This document shows positions 41,367 to 51,288 of a stretch of DNA of 64,000 bases, piece by piece (position 1 is the stretch's first letter; every line of letters begins with the position of its first letter). The notes beneath the pieces are model-generated. The model ran no database searches and was not told where the DNA came from. It worked only from the letters and a program-made list of their open reading frames with translations. Source of the stretch: Planctomycetota bacterium (GTDB lineage: Bacteria > Planctomycetota > UBA1135 > UBA2386); assembly GCA_965223545.1 (NCBI GenBank), contig OZ245006.1, positions 3,232,001-3,296,000 of the forward strand. Reading direction: 5' to 3'. The position numbers and the translations under genes are program-made.

Positions 41367-43439
41367 ATGCGCGTCACCCCTACGGCCCTCTTGGCCTGCC
41401 TCGCCGGCCTCCAGCTCCCATCACAGACCGACCCGGCAGCCACGCTCGAACGTCCCGCCAACCACTTGCAGATCGCGCAACTGCTCGACTGGGAGTCGGT
41501 GTCGTCACCGCGAATCTCACCGGATGGCCAGCACGTGGTCTTCACCCGACGGTGGAACGACCGCCTCGCCGACCGGCGTCAGAGCGAGCTGTGGCGCGTG
41601 CGCATCGACGGCTCGCGGCTGACCCAGCTCGGCGACGGCGCGGATCCGCGGTGGTCTCCCGACGGCACGCGGCTGGCCTTCGTGCGCGAGGGTGAGCCCG
41701 GCGGCGCGCAGATCCACGTGATGTGGCTCGACACCCGCGAAGTCACGCAAGTCACGCGCGTCGATCAGAGCCCCTCGTCGCTGCGCTGGTCGCCGGACGG
41801 CACGCGCATCGCGTTCTCGGCGCAGGTGCCGTCCTCGGCCGACGGACTGAAGATCGACATGCCCAAGCCACCGAAGGGGGCCAAGTGGGCGCCACCACCG
41901 CGCATCGTCACCCGGCTGGCCTATCGCCGCGATCGGAGCGGCTACCGCCCCGACGGCTTTCGCCATCTGTTCGTCGTCGACGCGGCCGGGGGCACGCCCC
42001 GCCAGATCACGCACGGCGACTTCGACCACGGCCCACCGCGTTGGACACCCGACGGAACACGCCTGGTGTTCGACGGCCTGCGCGCCGAAGACGCCGACTG
42101 GCAGATCCGCGAATCCGAGATCTACGCGATCGAGATCGACAGCGGCACGGTGCATCAGCTCACGCGGCGCGAAGGACCCGATCGCAGCCCCGAAGTGTCG
42201 CCCGACGGCCAGTGGATCGTCTACACGGGATACGACAAGAACCGCGACACCTACAACGTCGCCTCGCTCCATCTGATGCGAGCCGACGGCAGCGACGCGC
42301 GCGTCCTGGTCGGCGACCTCGACCGCGCGCTGGGCGGCCTGCACTGGGCACCGGACGGCAGCGGCGTGTTCTTCACCGTGCAGGACCAGGGCACCCGCGA
42401 CGCCTACCACGCCGCCGTCGACGGGTCGCTCACGCGCGTCACGCGCGGCCAGCACCAGTTCTCCTGCACCGGCGTCGGCCCGCGCGGCCTGCTCGTCGGC
42501 ACCTGGACCGATCCCCACCACGAGACGGACATCGCCATCGCCGAGCTCGGCGGTGACCCCACACCGCGACGGCTGACCCGCGTCAACGACGACCTGCTGG
42601 AGCACGTGCAGCTCGGCGACGTCGAGGAAGTCCGTTACCGGTCGACCGATGACCTCGAGATCCAAGGTTGGATCGTCAAGCCGCCCGACTTCGACCCGGC
42701 GCAGAAGTACCCGCTGATCCTCCAGATCCACGGCGGGCCACACTCGATGTATGGGTGGCGGTTCAGCTTCGAACGCCACAACCACGCGGCAGCCGGCTAC
42801 GTCGTGCTCTACACCAACCCCCGCGGCAGCGTCGGCTACGGCAAGGAGTTCGGCAACGCCATCGACAACGCCTACCCGGGACGCGACTACGACGACCTCA
42901 TGGCGGGCGTCGACACAGTCATCGCGCGCGGCTACATCGACGAAGACCGCCTCTTCGTGTACGGCGGCAGCGGCGGCGGCGTGCTGACGGCATGGATCGT
43001 CGGCAAGACGGACCGCTTCCGCGCCGCGGTCTCGATGTTCCCGGTGACCAACTGGATCAGCTTCGTCGGCACCACCGACGGACCGTACTGGTACACGAAC
43101 TTCGACAAGCTGCCCTGGGAAGACCCGACGGAACACTGGCAGCGGTCGCCGCTGCGCTTGGTCGGCAACGTCAAGACGCCGACGCTGCTGATCACCGGCG
43201 AGCTCGACCTCCGCACCCCGATGAGCCAAACCGAGGAGTACTATCAGGCGCTCAAGCTGCGCAAGGTCGAGACGGCGATGATCCGCGTACCGGACGAGTA
43301 CCACGGTGCGGCGGGACGCCGGGTTTCCAACCAGCTGCGGCGCATCCTGTACGTGCGGTCCTGGTTCGAGAAGTACGGCAGCGGCCCGGGCCAGTCGTCG
43401 GACAGCGCGGTCGAAGCGGGCTTCGCGCCGGGTCGCTGA
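41367..43439 (+). CDS. S9 family (dipeptidyl/acylaminoacyl) peptidase, secreted
   Basis: PD40-like WSPDG repeats, IHGGPH, NPRGS, GGSGGG nucleophile, GELDLR, EYHG. Confidence 0.92.
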   Translation: MRVTPTALLACLAGLQLPSQTDPAATLERPANHLQIAQLLDWESVSSPRISPDGQHVVFTRRWNDRLADRRQSELWRVRIDGSRLTQLGDGADPRWSPDGTRLAFVREGEPGGAQIHVMWLDTREVTQVTRVDQSPSSLRWSPDGTRIAFSAQVPSSADGLKIDMPKPPKGAKWAPPPRIVTRLAYRRDRSGYRPDGFRHLFVVDAAGGTPRQITHGDFDHGPPRWTPDGTRLVFDGLRAEDADWQIRESEIYAIEIDSGTVHQLTRREGPDRSPEVSPDGQWIVYTGYDKNRDTYNVASLHLMRADGSDARVLVGDLDRALGGLHWAPDGSGVFFTVQDQGTRDAYHAAVDGSLTRVTRGQHQFSCTGVGPRGLLVGTWTDPHHETDIAIAELGGDPTPRRLTRVNDDLLEHVQLGDVEEVRYRSTDDLEIQGWIVKPPDFDPAQKYPLILQIHGGPHSMYGWRFSFERHNHAAAGYVVLYTNPRGSVGYGKEFGNAIDNAYPGRDYDDLMAGVDTVIARGYIDEDRLFVYGGSGGGVLTAWIVGKTDRFRAAVSMFPVTNWISFVGTTDGPYWYTNFDKLPWEDPTEHWQRSPLRLVGNVKTPTLLITGELDLRTPMSQTEEYYQALKLRKVETAMIRVPDEYHGAAGRRVSNQLRRILYVRSWFEKYGSGPGQSSDSAVEAGFAPGR

Positions 43440-43568
43440 CCGGGCACGCGCGGGCGACAGCGGCACCGACGCCGGCGGCACCTCCTTCTTGAGAAACGTG
43501 GCCGCCGCCGCGGGTGACTTCCGCATGCAGCGGACGTTCGTCCAACGGACCGACTGCAAGGAAGAATC

Positions 43569-44564
43569 ATGACGCCCAACGTTCGCCACGCCGCCCCCCT
43601 CACCCCGTTCCGCGCCCTGGCCCCGGCGCTGCTCCTGGCCGCGGCACCGCTGGCCGGGCAGGTCGCGCGCGTGGCCTCGCCCGAGCGAACGCCACTCAAC
43701 CCGATGCGCATCGCCACCGGCCGGTGGTACGAGGCCAACACCAGCGGGGCGAGCCTGACGGTCGGCAGCTTCCCCGCCGGCATGGCGTTCGACGGCGCGC
43801 ACATGTGGGTGGTGGCCGGCACCGACACCATCCACAAGATCCGCGCCGCCGACATGCAGGTCGTCAACAGCTATAGCACCGAGTCGCCGGTCGCCGTGTG
43901 CTACGACGGCGCCCACATCTGGGTGACCAACAGCGGCTTCGCCGACACCGTCACCCAGCTGCGCGCGGCCGACGGCAGCGTGGTGCGCACGGTTGCGGTG
44001 GGCGACAACCCGCACGGCATCACCTTCGACGGAACCCACGTGTGGGTCGCCAACACCTTCGGAAACTCGATCACCAAGATCCGCGCCAACGACGGCACCG
44101 TCGTCAACACCATCCCCACCGGCACGATGCCCGGCGGCATGGCGTTCGACGGCAGCCACGTCTGGGTCGTCGTCAACGGCCCGCGGCACGCGCTGAAGAT
44201 CCGCGCCGCCGACGACGCCATCGTCGCCACCGTGCCGGTCGGCAACAATCCGGCCGGCGCGGTGTTCGACGGCCGCTCGGTGTGGGTCGCCAACTACGAC
44301 GACGACACGGTCACGCAGATCTTGGCGGTGCCCGGGACGGTGGCCGGCACACACGCCGTGGGCGATGGACCGCTCGACGTCATCTTCGACGGGCACGCGA
44401 TCTGGGTGTCCTGCTTCGACGACGGCACCGTGTCGGTGCTGCGCCGGCGGACCGGCGCTTCCCTCGGCAGTCACCCGGCCGGCGCGGCCCCCACGCGGCT
44501 TGCCTTCGACGGCGTGTCCGTCTGGGTGGGCAACACCGGCCCCGGCACCGTCACCAAGCTGTAG
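43569..44564 (+). CDS. Secreted YncE/YVTN-like beta-propeller protein
   Basis: Seven P.G..FDG..(V/I)WV.N-type repeats. Confidence 0.85.
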   Translation: MTPNVRHAAPLTPFRALAPALLLAAAPLAGQVARVASPERTPLNPMRIATGRWYEANTSGASLTVGSFPAGMAFDGAHMWVVAGTDTIHKIRAADMQVVNSYSTESPVAVCYDGAHIWVTNSGFADTVTQLRAADGSVVRTVAVGDNPHGITFDGTHVWVANTFGNSITKIRANDGTVVNTIPTGTMPGGMAFDGSHVWVVVNGPRHALKIRAADDAIVATVPVGNNPAGAVFDGRSVWVANYDDDTVTQILAVPGTVAGTHAVGDGPLDVIFDGHAIWVSCFDDGTVSVLRRRTGASLGSHPAGAAPTRLAFDGVSVWVGNTGPGTVTKL

Positions 44565-44598
44565 CCCCCGCTTGCGAGATTGGGCGACGCCCGCTCGA

Positions 44599-45584
44599 TC
44601 AGCCCAGCGCGATCTGCACCGCGATCGCGCCGAGCGCCGCCGCGGTGAGGCTCCAGCCGACCAACCAGGCCCTGCCGGCCGCCACCGGCGCGCCGCCGCC
44701 AGCCACGGTGAGCTGCGTCAAGCGCTGCGCCAGCTCGGTGCCGGCGGCGGACCGCACGGTGCACACGATGCCGGCGGGTCGCCGCGCGACGCCGGTGTCG
44801 ACCAACCGCTCGACCTCGAGAAGGGCGCGGGCCAACACGCGCGCAGCGTCACTGCCGGGGCGCACCGCCATCGCGTCCGTGGCGAGCTCGGCAGCGCGGC
44901 GGGCGTCGCGCCAAAGCCACCACAGCAGTGGGTTCCACCAGCAGAACGCGCATCCGAGCCGCCCGACGAGCACCGCGGCCGGGTCGCGACGTCGCAGATG
45001 GGCGTGCTCGTGGCGCAGGATCACGTGCCGTGCGCGCGGACCCAGCGCCTGCCAGACCGGTGCCGACAGCACCAACACCGGTCGCAACGCGCCGATCAGC
45101 ATCGGGCTCTGCGCGCCGTCGACCATCACCGCGCGCGGCGCGGCGACCCCGATTGCCGCCGCCGCACGCCGAACCTCCATCGCAACTCCGACCGGTACCG
45201 AGCGCGCCACCCGCCGCAGCCGCGCCTGCGCGGTCATGCCGAGACCCAACCAGACGAGGAGCACCGCCGTGCCGCAGGCCCATGGCACGCGAAGCGCGAC
45301 GTGAAGCAGCCCTCCCCGGCGGCAGGCGGCACCGCCGCGGCTAGGCACGGCGCGAGCCCGGCCGCGCGCCAGTGGTCCCGCAGACGCGCAATCCACTCGC
45401 CCGCGTCGCGGACCACGGGCAGAAGCGCAGCCACCGCCATCGCCAGGGTGACCGCGACGACGACCGCATGGCGCAACTGCGGACCGGCATGCCGGCGCGA
45501 CCAAAGCGCGAACAACACCAGCACCGGCGCCACCGCCAAACCGACGTACCACGAGCGCACAAAGGCCTCGTGCAGCACGGTCAC
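44599..45584 (-). pseudogene. BlaR1-like M56 peptidase split by a single-base frameshift near 45311 (pseudogene or sequencing error)
   Basis: N-terminal TMs (VTVLHEAF...) lie in one frame and SPMLIG, LRHEHAHLRRRD, WWNPLLW, ELATD in another; the junction is in a GGGGAGGG run. Confidence 0.75.
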
Positions 45585-45979
45585 CGTGCTCGCCGCCCGC
45601 GCTTCTCGGCAGCCTCGTCGAGGAGCTGCTGCAGCTCCTCGAGCTCGCCCGGTTCGAACTTTCCCGTCCGCAACAGCTGCACGGCCAACGATCCGGCGGC
45701 ACCGTCGTATACCTCGCGAACCAAGTCCCGCAACCGGCGGCGGCCGAACTGTTCGCGGGTGACCCGGGCGCGAAACACCTGCGGCGCCGCCGCTTCGTTG
45801 CGGGTGACGAAGCGCTTGTCCAGGAGCCGGCGCAACACCGTCTGCACCGTGTTGTAGGCGAGCTGCCGGCCGCGGTCGCCAAGCGCGTGGTGCACTTCGC
45901 GCACGGTGGCCGGTCCGCCGTCCCACAGGACGCGGAGCACTTCCAGCTCACCGGCACCGAGATCGGGAGGACGTTGCAC
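45581..45979 (-). CDS. BlaI/MecI/CopY family repressor
   Basis: GELEVLRVLWDGGPATVREV...LAYNTVQTVLRRLLDKRFV. Confidence 0.92.
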   Translation of the reverse strand: MQRPPDLGAGELEVLRVLWDGGPATVREVHHALGDRGRQLAYNTVQTVLRRLLDKRFVTRNEAAAPQVFRARVTREQFGRRRLRDLVREVYDGAAGSLAVQLLRTGKFEPGELEELQQLLDEAAEKRGRRAR

Positions 45980-46058
45980 GGTCTTCGTCGGGCGCCGCCA
46001 GTCTACGCCGGCGCGCACGATCCGGAAAGTCTCCCGAGCACACGAGGCCGGCACCTAC

Positions 46059-46087
46059 CTACAGTTGTCGGTTACCTACAGGTGTAG
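46059..46087. promoter_or_regulatory. Tandem BlaI-type operators between divergent genes
   Basis: CTACA-GT-TGTCG at 46059-46070 and CTACA-GG-TGTAG at 46076-46087 match the TACA-N2-TGTA box. Confidence 0.8.
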
Positions 46088-46093
46088 TTCATC

Positions 46094-47542
46094 ATGGATC
46101 GACGACAGTTCCTCGAATCGTCTCTGTTCGGCCTCGGCGCCGGGTGCACTCCGCCTCGGCGCGAGTCCACCGCCGTCCAAGACGCGCCGGTGCCCTCGCT
46201 CCCGGAGATGGCGCGCGCCGTGCTCGCCGCCGATCGCGACGAGGTCCACGACCTGGCGCTCGGCTGGGCCGACCGCGGTGCCTCGCCGCGCACCTTGCTG
46301 GGCGCCGCCTACCTCGCCGGCTTGGCCGAGATCAACCCCAGTCCGATCGGTGGCCAGGTGCACGCGATGATGATGGTCGCCTCCGCGGCGGAAACGACCG
46401 CCCTGCTCCCCGCGCGGCACCGCCTCTTGCCGGCGCTCTTCAACCTGGATCGCACCAAGAGGAGCCAGCAGCGCGACGCCGGCAGCGGGCGGGGTGATTG
46501 GCAGATGCCCGCTCCGCCGGACACCGAACCACTGCCGCGCGCCGAGGCCGAGGCTGCGCTGACGGACGCGCTCCGCGACTGGGATCTCGCCGCGGCCGAC
46601 CGCGCCGGGACGCGGTTGCACCAAGCGACGTCGCTGCCGGATTTCTTCGAGACCCTGTGGCGTTGGGCGGCGCGCGACTTTCGCATCATCGGCCACAAGA
46701 TCATCTTCGCCACGCAGAGCTACCGCGCGCTGCACGAGATCGGCTGGCGCCACGGCCGCGACGCCGTGCGCGCGGTGCTGTTCGGCATCTTGGACCAGAA
46801 CCCCTACGACGCCTTCGACCGCGAGACGTCCACCGCCATCCTGTCCTGCGGGGACCGCAACTGGGAGCACGCGGCGGGGCTCGCTCCCGGCTGGGAACAC
46901 GGCACGCACGACGGCGAGGCCTGCCAGATGCTGTTCCGCGAGCTGCGCTCGCGCGATGCCGAGGCCAGCGCGGACGCAGTGCTCGCGCACCTCGCCGCCG
47001 GCCACGGCGCCGCTTCGGCTTGGGACGCGGTGCGGCTGCGCGCGTTCGAGCTGGTCGCGCAGAACCCGCACATCGCCGGCATCCACCCCGTGACCTCGGT
47101 GAACGCGCTGCACCGCGCGGCCCTCTACACGACCCAGCCCGCGAGCAAGGCGTACATGCTGCTGCAGGCCGCGAGCTATCAGCCGATGTTCTTGCCGATC
47201 TTCGCCGAGCGCCGGCGCGCGAAGAACGACGTGCAGATCGAGGCCCTCGTCGAGGGAAGCCAGCGCGGCGATCCGTTCGCGGAGACCGATCCGTTCGCCG
47301 CGGCCCCGCGCGCCGCCGCCGCGCTGCGCGAGGGCGACCCGGCGCGGTTTGCCGCGCGCGCTGCGGAGGTGCTGGCCCGCAAGGCACAGCACGACCACGA
47401 CTACAAGTTCACGGTCGCCGCGGTCGAGGAGATCGGCGCGGCACACCCAGCGGTGCGACCGCTGCTCGGCGCCGCGGCGATGTTCTTCCTGCGGACCGAG
47501 CGGTCCAGGGACAACGCGGTGTTCGAGCGCTTGCGCGGCTGA
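46094..47542 (+). CDS. Tat-exported helical protein with conserved-looking His motifs (possibly questin-oxidase-like)
   Basis: MDRRQFL Tat motif; VHAMMM, DFRIIGHK, GIHPVTSVNALH, HDHDYKF. Confidence 0.65.
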   Translation: MDRRQFLESSLFGLGAGCTPPRRESTAVQDAPVPSLPEMARAVLAADRDEVHDLALGWADRGASPRTLLGAAYLAGLAEINPSPIGGQVHAMMMVASAAETTALLPARHRLLPALFNLDRTKRSQQRDAGSGRGDWQMPAPPDTEPLPRAEAEAALTDALRDWDLAAADRAGTRLHQATSLPDFFETLWRWAARDFRIIGHKIIFATQSYRALHEIGWRHGRDAVRAVLFGILDQNPYDAFDRETSTAILSCGDRNWEHAAGLAPGWEHGTHDGEACQMLFRELRSRDAEASADAVLAHLAAGHGAASAWDAVRLRAFELVAQNPHIAGIHPVTSVNALHRAALYTTQPASKAYMLLQAASYQPMFLPIFAERRRAKNDVQIEALVEGSQRGDPFAETDPFAAAPRAAAALREGDPARFAARAAEVLARKAQHDHDYKFTVAAVEEIGAAHPAVRPLLGAAAMFFLRTERSRDNAVFERLRG

Positions 47543-47622
47543 GCGGGGTCCGGCCGACCCAGGACTTGCTCCGCAAGCGCGAAGTTGGCGGCAGACAACC
47601 GCCGCCGCTGCGGATCTCCGGC

Positions 47623-48240
47623 ATGAGATCACCCTCGTCGCTGTCCTTCCGCGTCGCGGGCCTGGTGGCCGCCGTGGGCGTGCTGCTCCCGACCGCAATG
47701 CAAGACCCGGTGCCGGCGGCCACATCCGAGCCCAGCTACGACGACGCGGGCGCCCTGCTGGCTCCCGTCGGTTGGCAACAGTGGCCATTGGCCGGCAGCT
47801 CGCTGGGCCTGGGCTACTCGGCGCGACCGCCGGGCACGCCCTGGGGCACCTTCAAGCACGTGCACCTGCCGCCGGAGGCGATGGCGCACTACGCGGCCAC
47901 CGGTCGGTTTGCCGAGCACACGATGCTGGTGATGGCGATCTACGAGCCCGACGACCGCGCGGAGCCCGCCAAGAGCGGCGTGTTCGCCGACCGTCTGGTC
48001 GCCGTCGAGGTCGCCGTCAAGGACAGCGAGCGCTACGCCGACGACGGCGGCTGGGCCTACTTCGACTTCGGCGCCGGCGACAGTGCCAAGCCACGCGCCA
48101 CGCCGTTTGCGCGGGCACAATGCGCCGCGTGTCACACCGAGCACGGCGCCGTCGACAACGTCTTCGTGCAGTTCTACTCGGTGCTCCGCGACGCGCGCGC
48201 CGCCCACCTGGAACGCGGCGACGCCCCCACGGGTCGCTGA
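47623..48240 (+). CDS. Cytochrome P460 / cytochrome c'-beta family protein
   Basis: P.GWQQW.LAGS, TGRF.EHTMLVM, VEVAVKDSERY...GWAYFDF, CAACH, VFVQFY. Confidence 0.88.
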   Translation: MRSPSSLSFRVAGLVAAVGVLLPTAMQDPVPAATSEPSYDDAGALLAPVGWQQWPLAGSSLGLGYSARPPGTPWGTFKHVHLPPEAMAHYAATGRFAEHTMLVMAIYEPDDRAEPAKSGVFADRLVAVEVAVKDSERYADDGGWAYFDFGAGDSAKPRATPFARAQCAACHTEHGAVDNVFVQFYSVLRDARAAHLERGDAPTGR

Positions 48241-48249
48241 CCCGCGGCG

Positions 48250-48822
48250 CTACTCGGCCATCTGCGCCAAGATCCGGCGGACCTCGGCGAGCACGCGCGA
48301 CTTCGCTTTGTACACCTGGTTGCGATTGATGCGAAACGCCAGCTGCACGTCGTGCACGCTGCGCTCCTCCTCGAGCAACATCTCGAAGACCGCGTAGTCG
48401 CGCTCGGGCACGCGAAACCGGGCCCGCTGCAGCGCGTAGCGCAGGTGCTCCCCCTCCCACACGCGCCCCCAGTGCTCGGCGGGCGAGCACTCGCCCGACG
48501 ACAACACCGCCAGCTGCTCGGTCTGGATCCGCTGGGGCCGCGACCGGCGCAACGCATCGACGGCGCGCCCGTCGACCAGCCGAAACAGCCACGTCTTGAA
48601 CCGTCCGCGGCGGGGGTCGTAAGAGAATGACGGCAGCTTGCGCACCAGGAGTTCGAAGCACTGGTCGCGGACCTCACTGGCCAGGTCATCGCCGAGTCCG
48701 CGCGCGCGGGCGAAGCGGTAGATCAACGGAGCATACAAGTCGACGAACTGGCTCCACGCGTCGCCGTCGTTGTCGGCCACGCGCCGCAGCATGGTCGCGT
48801 GCGTGGTCGGCGCGCTGCTCAT
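48250..48822 (-). CDS. ECF sigma-70 factor (kinase-associated, planctomycete type)
   Basis: TTHATMLRRV...AWSQFVDLYAPLIY, FSYDPRRGRFKTWL, QVYKAKSRV; ATGA-coupled to the kinase. Confidence 0.88.
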   Translation of the reverse strand: MSSAPTTHATMLRRVADNDGDAWSQFVDLYAPLIYRFARARGLGDDLASEVRDQCFELLVRKLPSFSYDPRRGRFKTWLFRLVDGRAVDALRRSRPQRIQTEQLAVLSSGECSPAEHWGRVWEGEHLRYALQRARFRVPERDYAVFEMLLEEERSVHDVQLAFRINRNQVYKAKSRVLAEVRRILAQMAE

Positions 48823-51176
48823 CGGCGCCCTCGGCTGACGGCGGAGCGCAGCGCGCGCAGCACGCGCTCGGTCTCGGCGCGGACCGCGTCGGGCGCGTTC
48901 TTGGCCCGCTGCAGTCGCACGACCTCCTCGACCAAGGGGAGCGCCTCGCCCTCCCTGCCGCGACCGGCGAGCAGTTGTCCCAGGGCGAGTTGGTTGCGCA
49001 GCCGGTGCGGACAGGCATCGCCATACACGCGGCAGCCGACGCGCAACGACACCCGCAGCACGCGCTCGGCGGCGTCCGGCCGCGCCTCGGCGAGCAACAC
49101 ATCGGCGAGAACGTTCATCTGTGCCGCGAGCTCGTAACGACCCGCCCCCTCGAGCTCGATGCGGGTCTGGTAGACGGCGTCGAGATCGACCGGAGCGCCG
49201 GCCGAGAGGGCCTCGGCCCACTCGGTCAGCCTGCCCGCTCGCTCGGGGTGACGCTCGGCCAGTCCCGACAGCTCGCTGGTCAACGCCGCGTATGCCGACA
49301 GCCGAGCGGTGCGCGGATCGCCAGTGTCGCGCGCGCGCTCCGCGTGCTGCCACAAGAAGTCCGGGGCTCGCGCCCCATAAGCTCGGTCGAGCACGGCCGC
49401 CGCGGCGCCCATGTCCGCGCGCGCAGCCACGGCGTCGCCACGCGCGGCGCGCATCGATGCCAGCGCGCACAAGCCACGCGCCGTTGCCGCAGCCTCGGCA
49501 CCACCGTGCGCGCGGAGCGACTGTACGCACCGCTCGAGCCACCGCTCGCGTTCCACAGCCGGCACGACCCCATCGATCAGCGCTGCATACAGCTCGACCC
49601 GATTGCGGACTGCACTGCTCTCCGGCTCCGCCTGGCCAAGTCCTTCGGCCGCCGCGCCGATCAACCGCGATGCGCGATCGACGTCGAGCACCTCGGGGTT
49701 GGTCGCCAAGACGAGGGCCAGATCCGCCTGTGCCGTCGCGCGATCCACGGCGTCGAGGTTTGCGTCACCGGGCGCGAGCGCGCGCTCCAAGACCTCGACG
49801 GCCTTGCTCCCGCCGGCGTCCGCCATGGCGCGGCCCAACGCCAAGGCGCAGCGCCGCGCGTCGCGCCCACCGTCTCGGACCTGCTCGCACAACCGCAGTG
49901 CTTCGCGCAGCTGATCGATCGCCGGCCCCAGCATCCACAACCGGTGATACGTCGTGCCCAGCACCAGGTGTAGCTCGGCCTTGACCTCGGGCGCGTCGGC
50001 GAGCGTGCCCCGCGCCAGGCGCTCCGCGGTCGCCTCCAACACCATCGCCGAGTGTGTGCCACCGGTGGCGTGGGTACCCGCGGCGGCCAGCGTCGAGCGC
50101 AACAGCTCCTGCACCGCGGCGGTCGTGCCCGTGCTCCGCTGCTGCTGCCAGTGCGACAGAGCGACCGCGTAGCCGGCAGCCGCCAGCACCACCGCCAAAC
50201 CGACGGCGACCAGCTTGCCACGGTGTCGAGAGAGGCTCTTGCCCATCACGTAGAGCAGCGAATCGCGCCGCGCAGCGATCGGCTGTCGCGCGAGGTAACG
50301 CACGAGGTCGAGACGCATCGCCTCGGCGGAGGCGTAGCGGCGCTCCGCGTCCTGATGCATCGCCGTGCGCACGATCGTGCGCAGGTCGCGATCGATGCCA
50401 ACCCCGCGAAGAGGCAGCGGCGCCTGTTCGGTGATCCGCTGCAGGCACTCCTGCAGTCCGCCGCTCATGTCGTGCGGCAACCGCCCGGCGAGCAGTTGGT
50501 AGAGCATCACGCCAAGCGCGTAGACATCGCCGCGCGTGTCCGGCGGCGACGGTCCGCGAAGCTGTTCGGGGGCCGCGTACGCGAGCGTTCCGACGAACTC
50601 GCCGGTCACCGTCCAGTGACGGCCTCGGTCCACGGCGGTGGCGATGCCGAAGTCCAGCACCCGCGCGCGATCGGCGTCGTCGACCAGCACGTTCTGCGGC
50701 TTGAGGTCGCGGTGGATCACGCCGCGGGTATGCGCGTGATGCACGGCAGCGCACACCTGCACGACGAGGCGCAGCACGGCGTCGCGGGCGCGCCCGACCG
50801 CCCAGTCGTCGAGCGCCACGCCCTCCACCCAGGGCATCACGCAGTAGAGTCGGTCCGCGGCGATGCCGTGATCCCGCACTCCGACGATGCCCGGGTGATC
50901 GAGATCGCCGAGCAACTCCAGCGCCCGCTCGAAGCGAAAGCGATGGCGCGGCGACGCCGCTGACGCACCGCGCAGCACCTTGATCGCGACTCGTGCACCG
51001 CTGCGCAGATCGGAAGCGGCGTAGACCGTCCCCTGCGCGCCCGCACCCACTTCGCCGTGTACGCTGTAGCGGTCGACCAACGCCGACGAGAGCACGACCG
51101 CCAATGGGGTCTCTTCGTGGACGGCCTCGCGCAACGCGCCGAACAGCCGATCGTCGTCGTGGGCGGCACTCGCCAT
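48819..51176 (-). CDS. Hanks-type Ser/Thr protein kinase with TM and TPR-like C-terminus
   Basis: GAGAQGTV, VAIK, HRDLKPQN, DFG, GTLAYAAPEQ, DVYALG. Confidence 0.93.
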   Translation of the reverse strand: MASAAHDDDRLFGALREAVHEETPLAVVLSSALVDRYSVHGEVGAGAQGTVYAASDLRSGARVAIKVLRGASAASPRHRFRFERALELLGDLDHPGIVGVRDHGIAADRLYCVMPWVEGVALDDWAVGRARDAVLRLVVQVCAAVHHAHTRGVIHRDLKPQNVLVDDADRARVLDFGIATAVDRGRHWTVTGEFVGTLAYAAPEQLRGPSPPDTRGDVYALGVMLYQLLAGRLPHDMSGGLQECLQRITEQAPLPLRGVGIDRDLRTIVRTAMHQDAERRYASAEAMRLDLVRYLARQPIAARRDSLLYVMGKSLSRHRGKLVAVGLAVVLAAAGYAVALSHWQQQRSTGTTAAVQELLRSTLAAAGTHATGGTHSAMVLEATAERLARGTLADAPEVKAELHLVLGTTYHRLWMLGPAIDQLREALRLCEQVRDGGRDARRCALALGRAMADAGGSKAVEVLERALAPGDANLDAVDRATAQADLALVLATNPEVLDVDRASRLIGAAAEGLGQAEPESSAVRNRVELYAALIDGVVPAVERERWLERCVQSLRAHGGAEAAATARGLCALASMRAARGDAVAARADMGAAAAVLDRAYGARAPDFLWQHAERARDTGDPRTARLSAYAALTSELSGLAERHPERAGRLTEWAEALSAGAPVDLDAVYQTRIELEGAGRYELAAQMNVLADVLLAEARPDAAERVLRVSLRVGCRVYGDACPHRLRNQLALGQLLAGRGREGEALPLVEEVVRLQRAKNAPDAVRAETERVLRALRSAVSRGRR

Positions 51177-51288
51177 GGCAAGAGGGGTAGTCCGGCGGTC
51201 GCTGCGAGTTCTGCCGGGTTTTCGCGAGCTTATCTCAGAATCTCGTACAACCGGCTGCTCGCCTCACACCTCGTCCCCAAGGCCGACC

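Noticed and set aside
43770..44560. Nucleotide-level repeats (TTCGACGG...TGGGT) about every 125 bp
   Set aside because: Explained by the beta-propeller blade repeats of the encoded protein.
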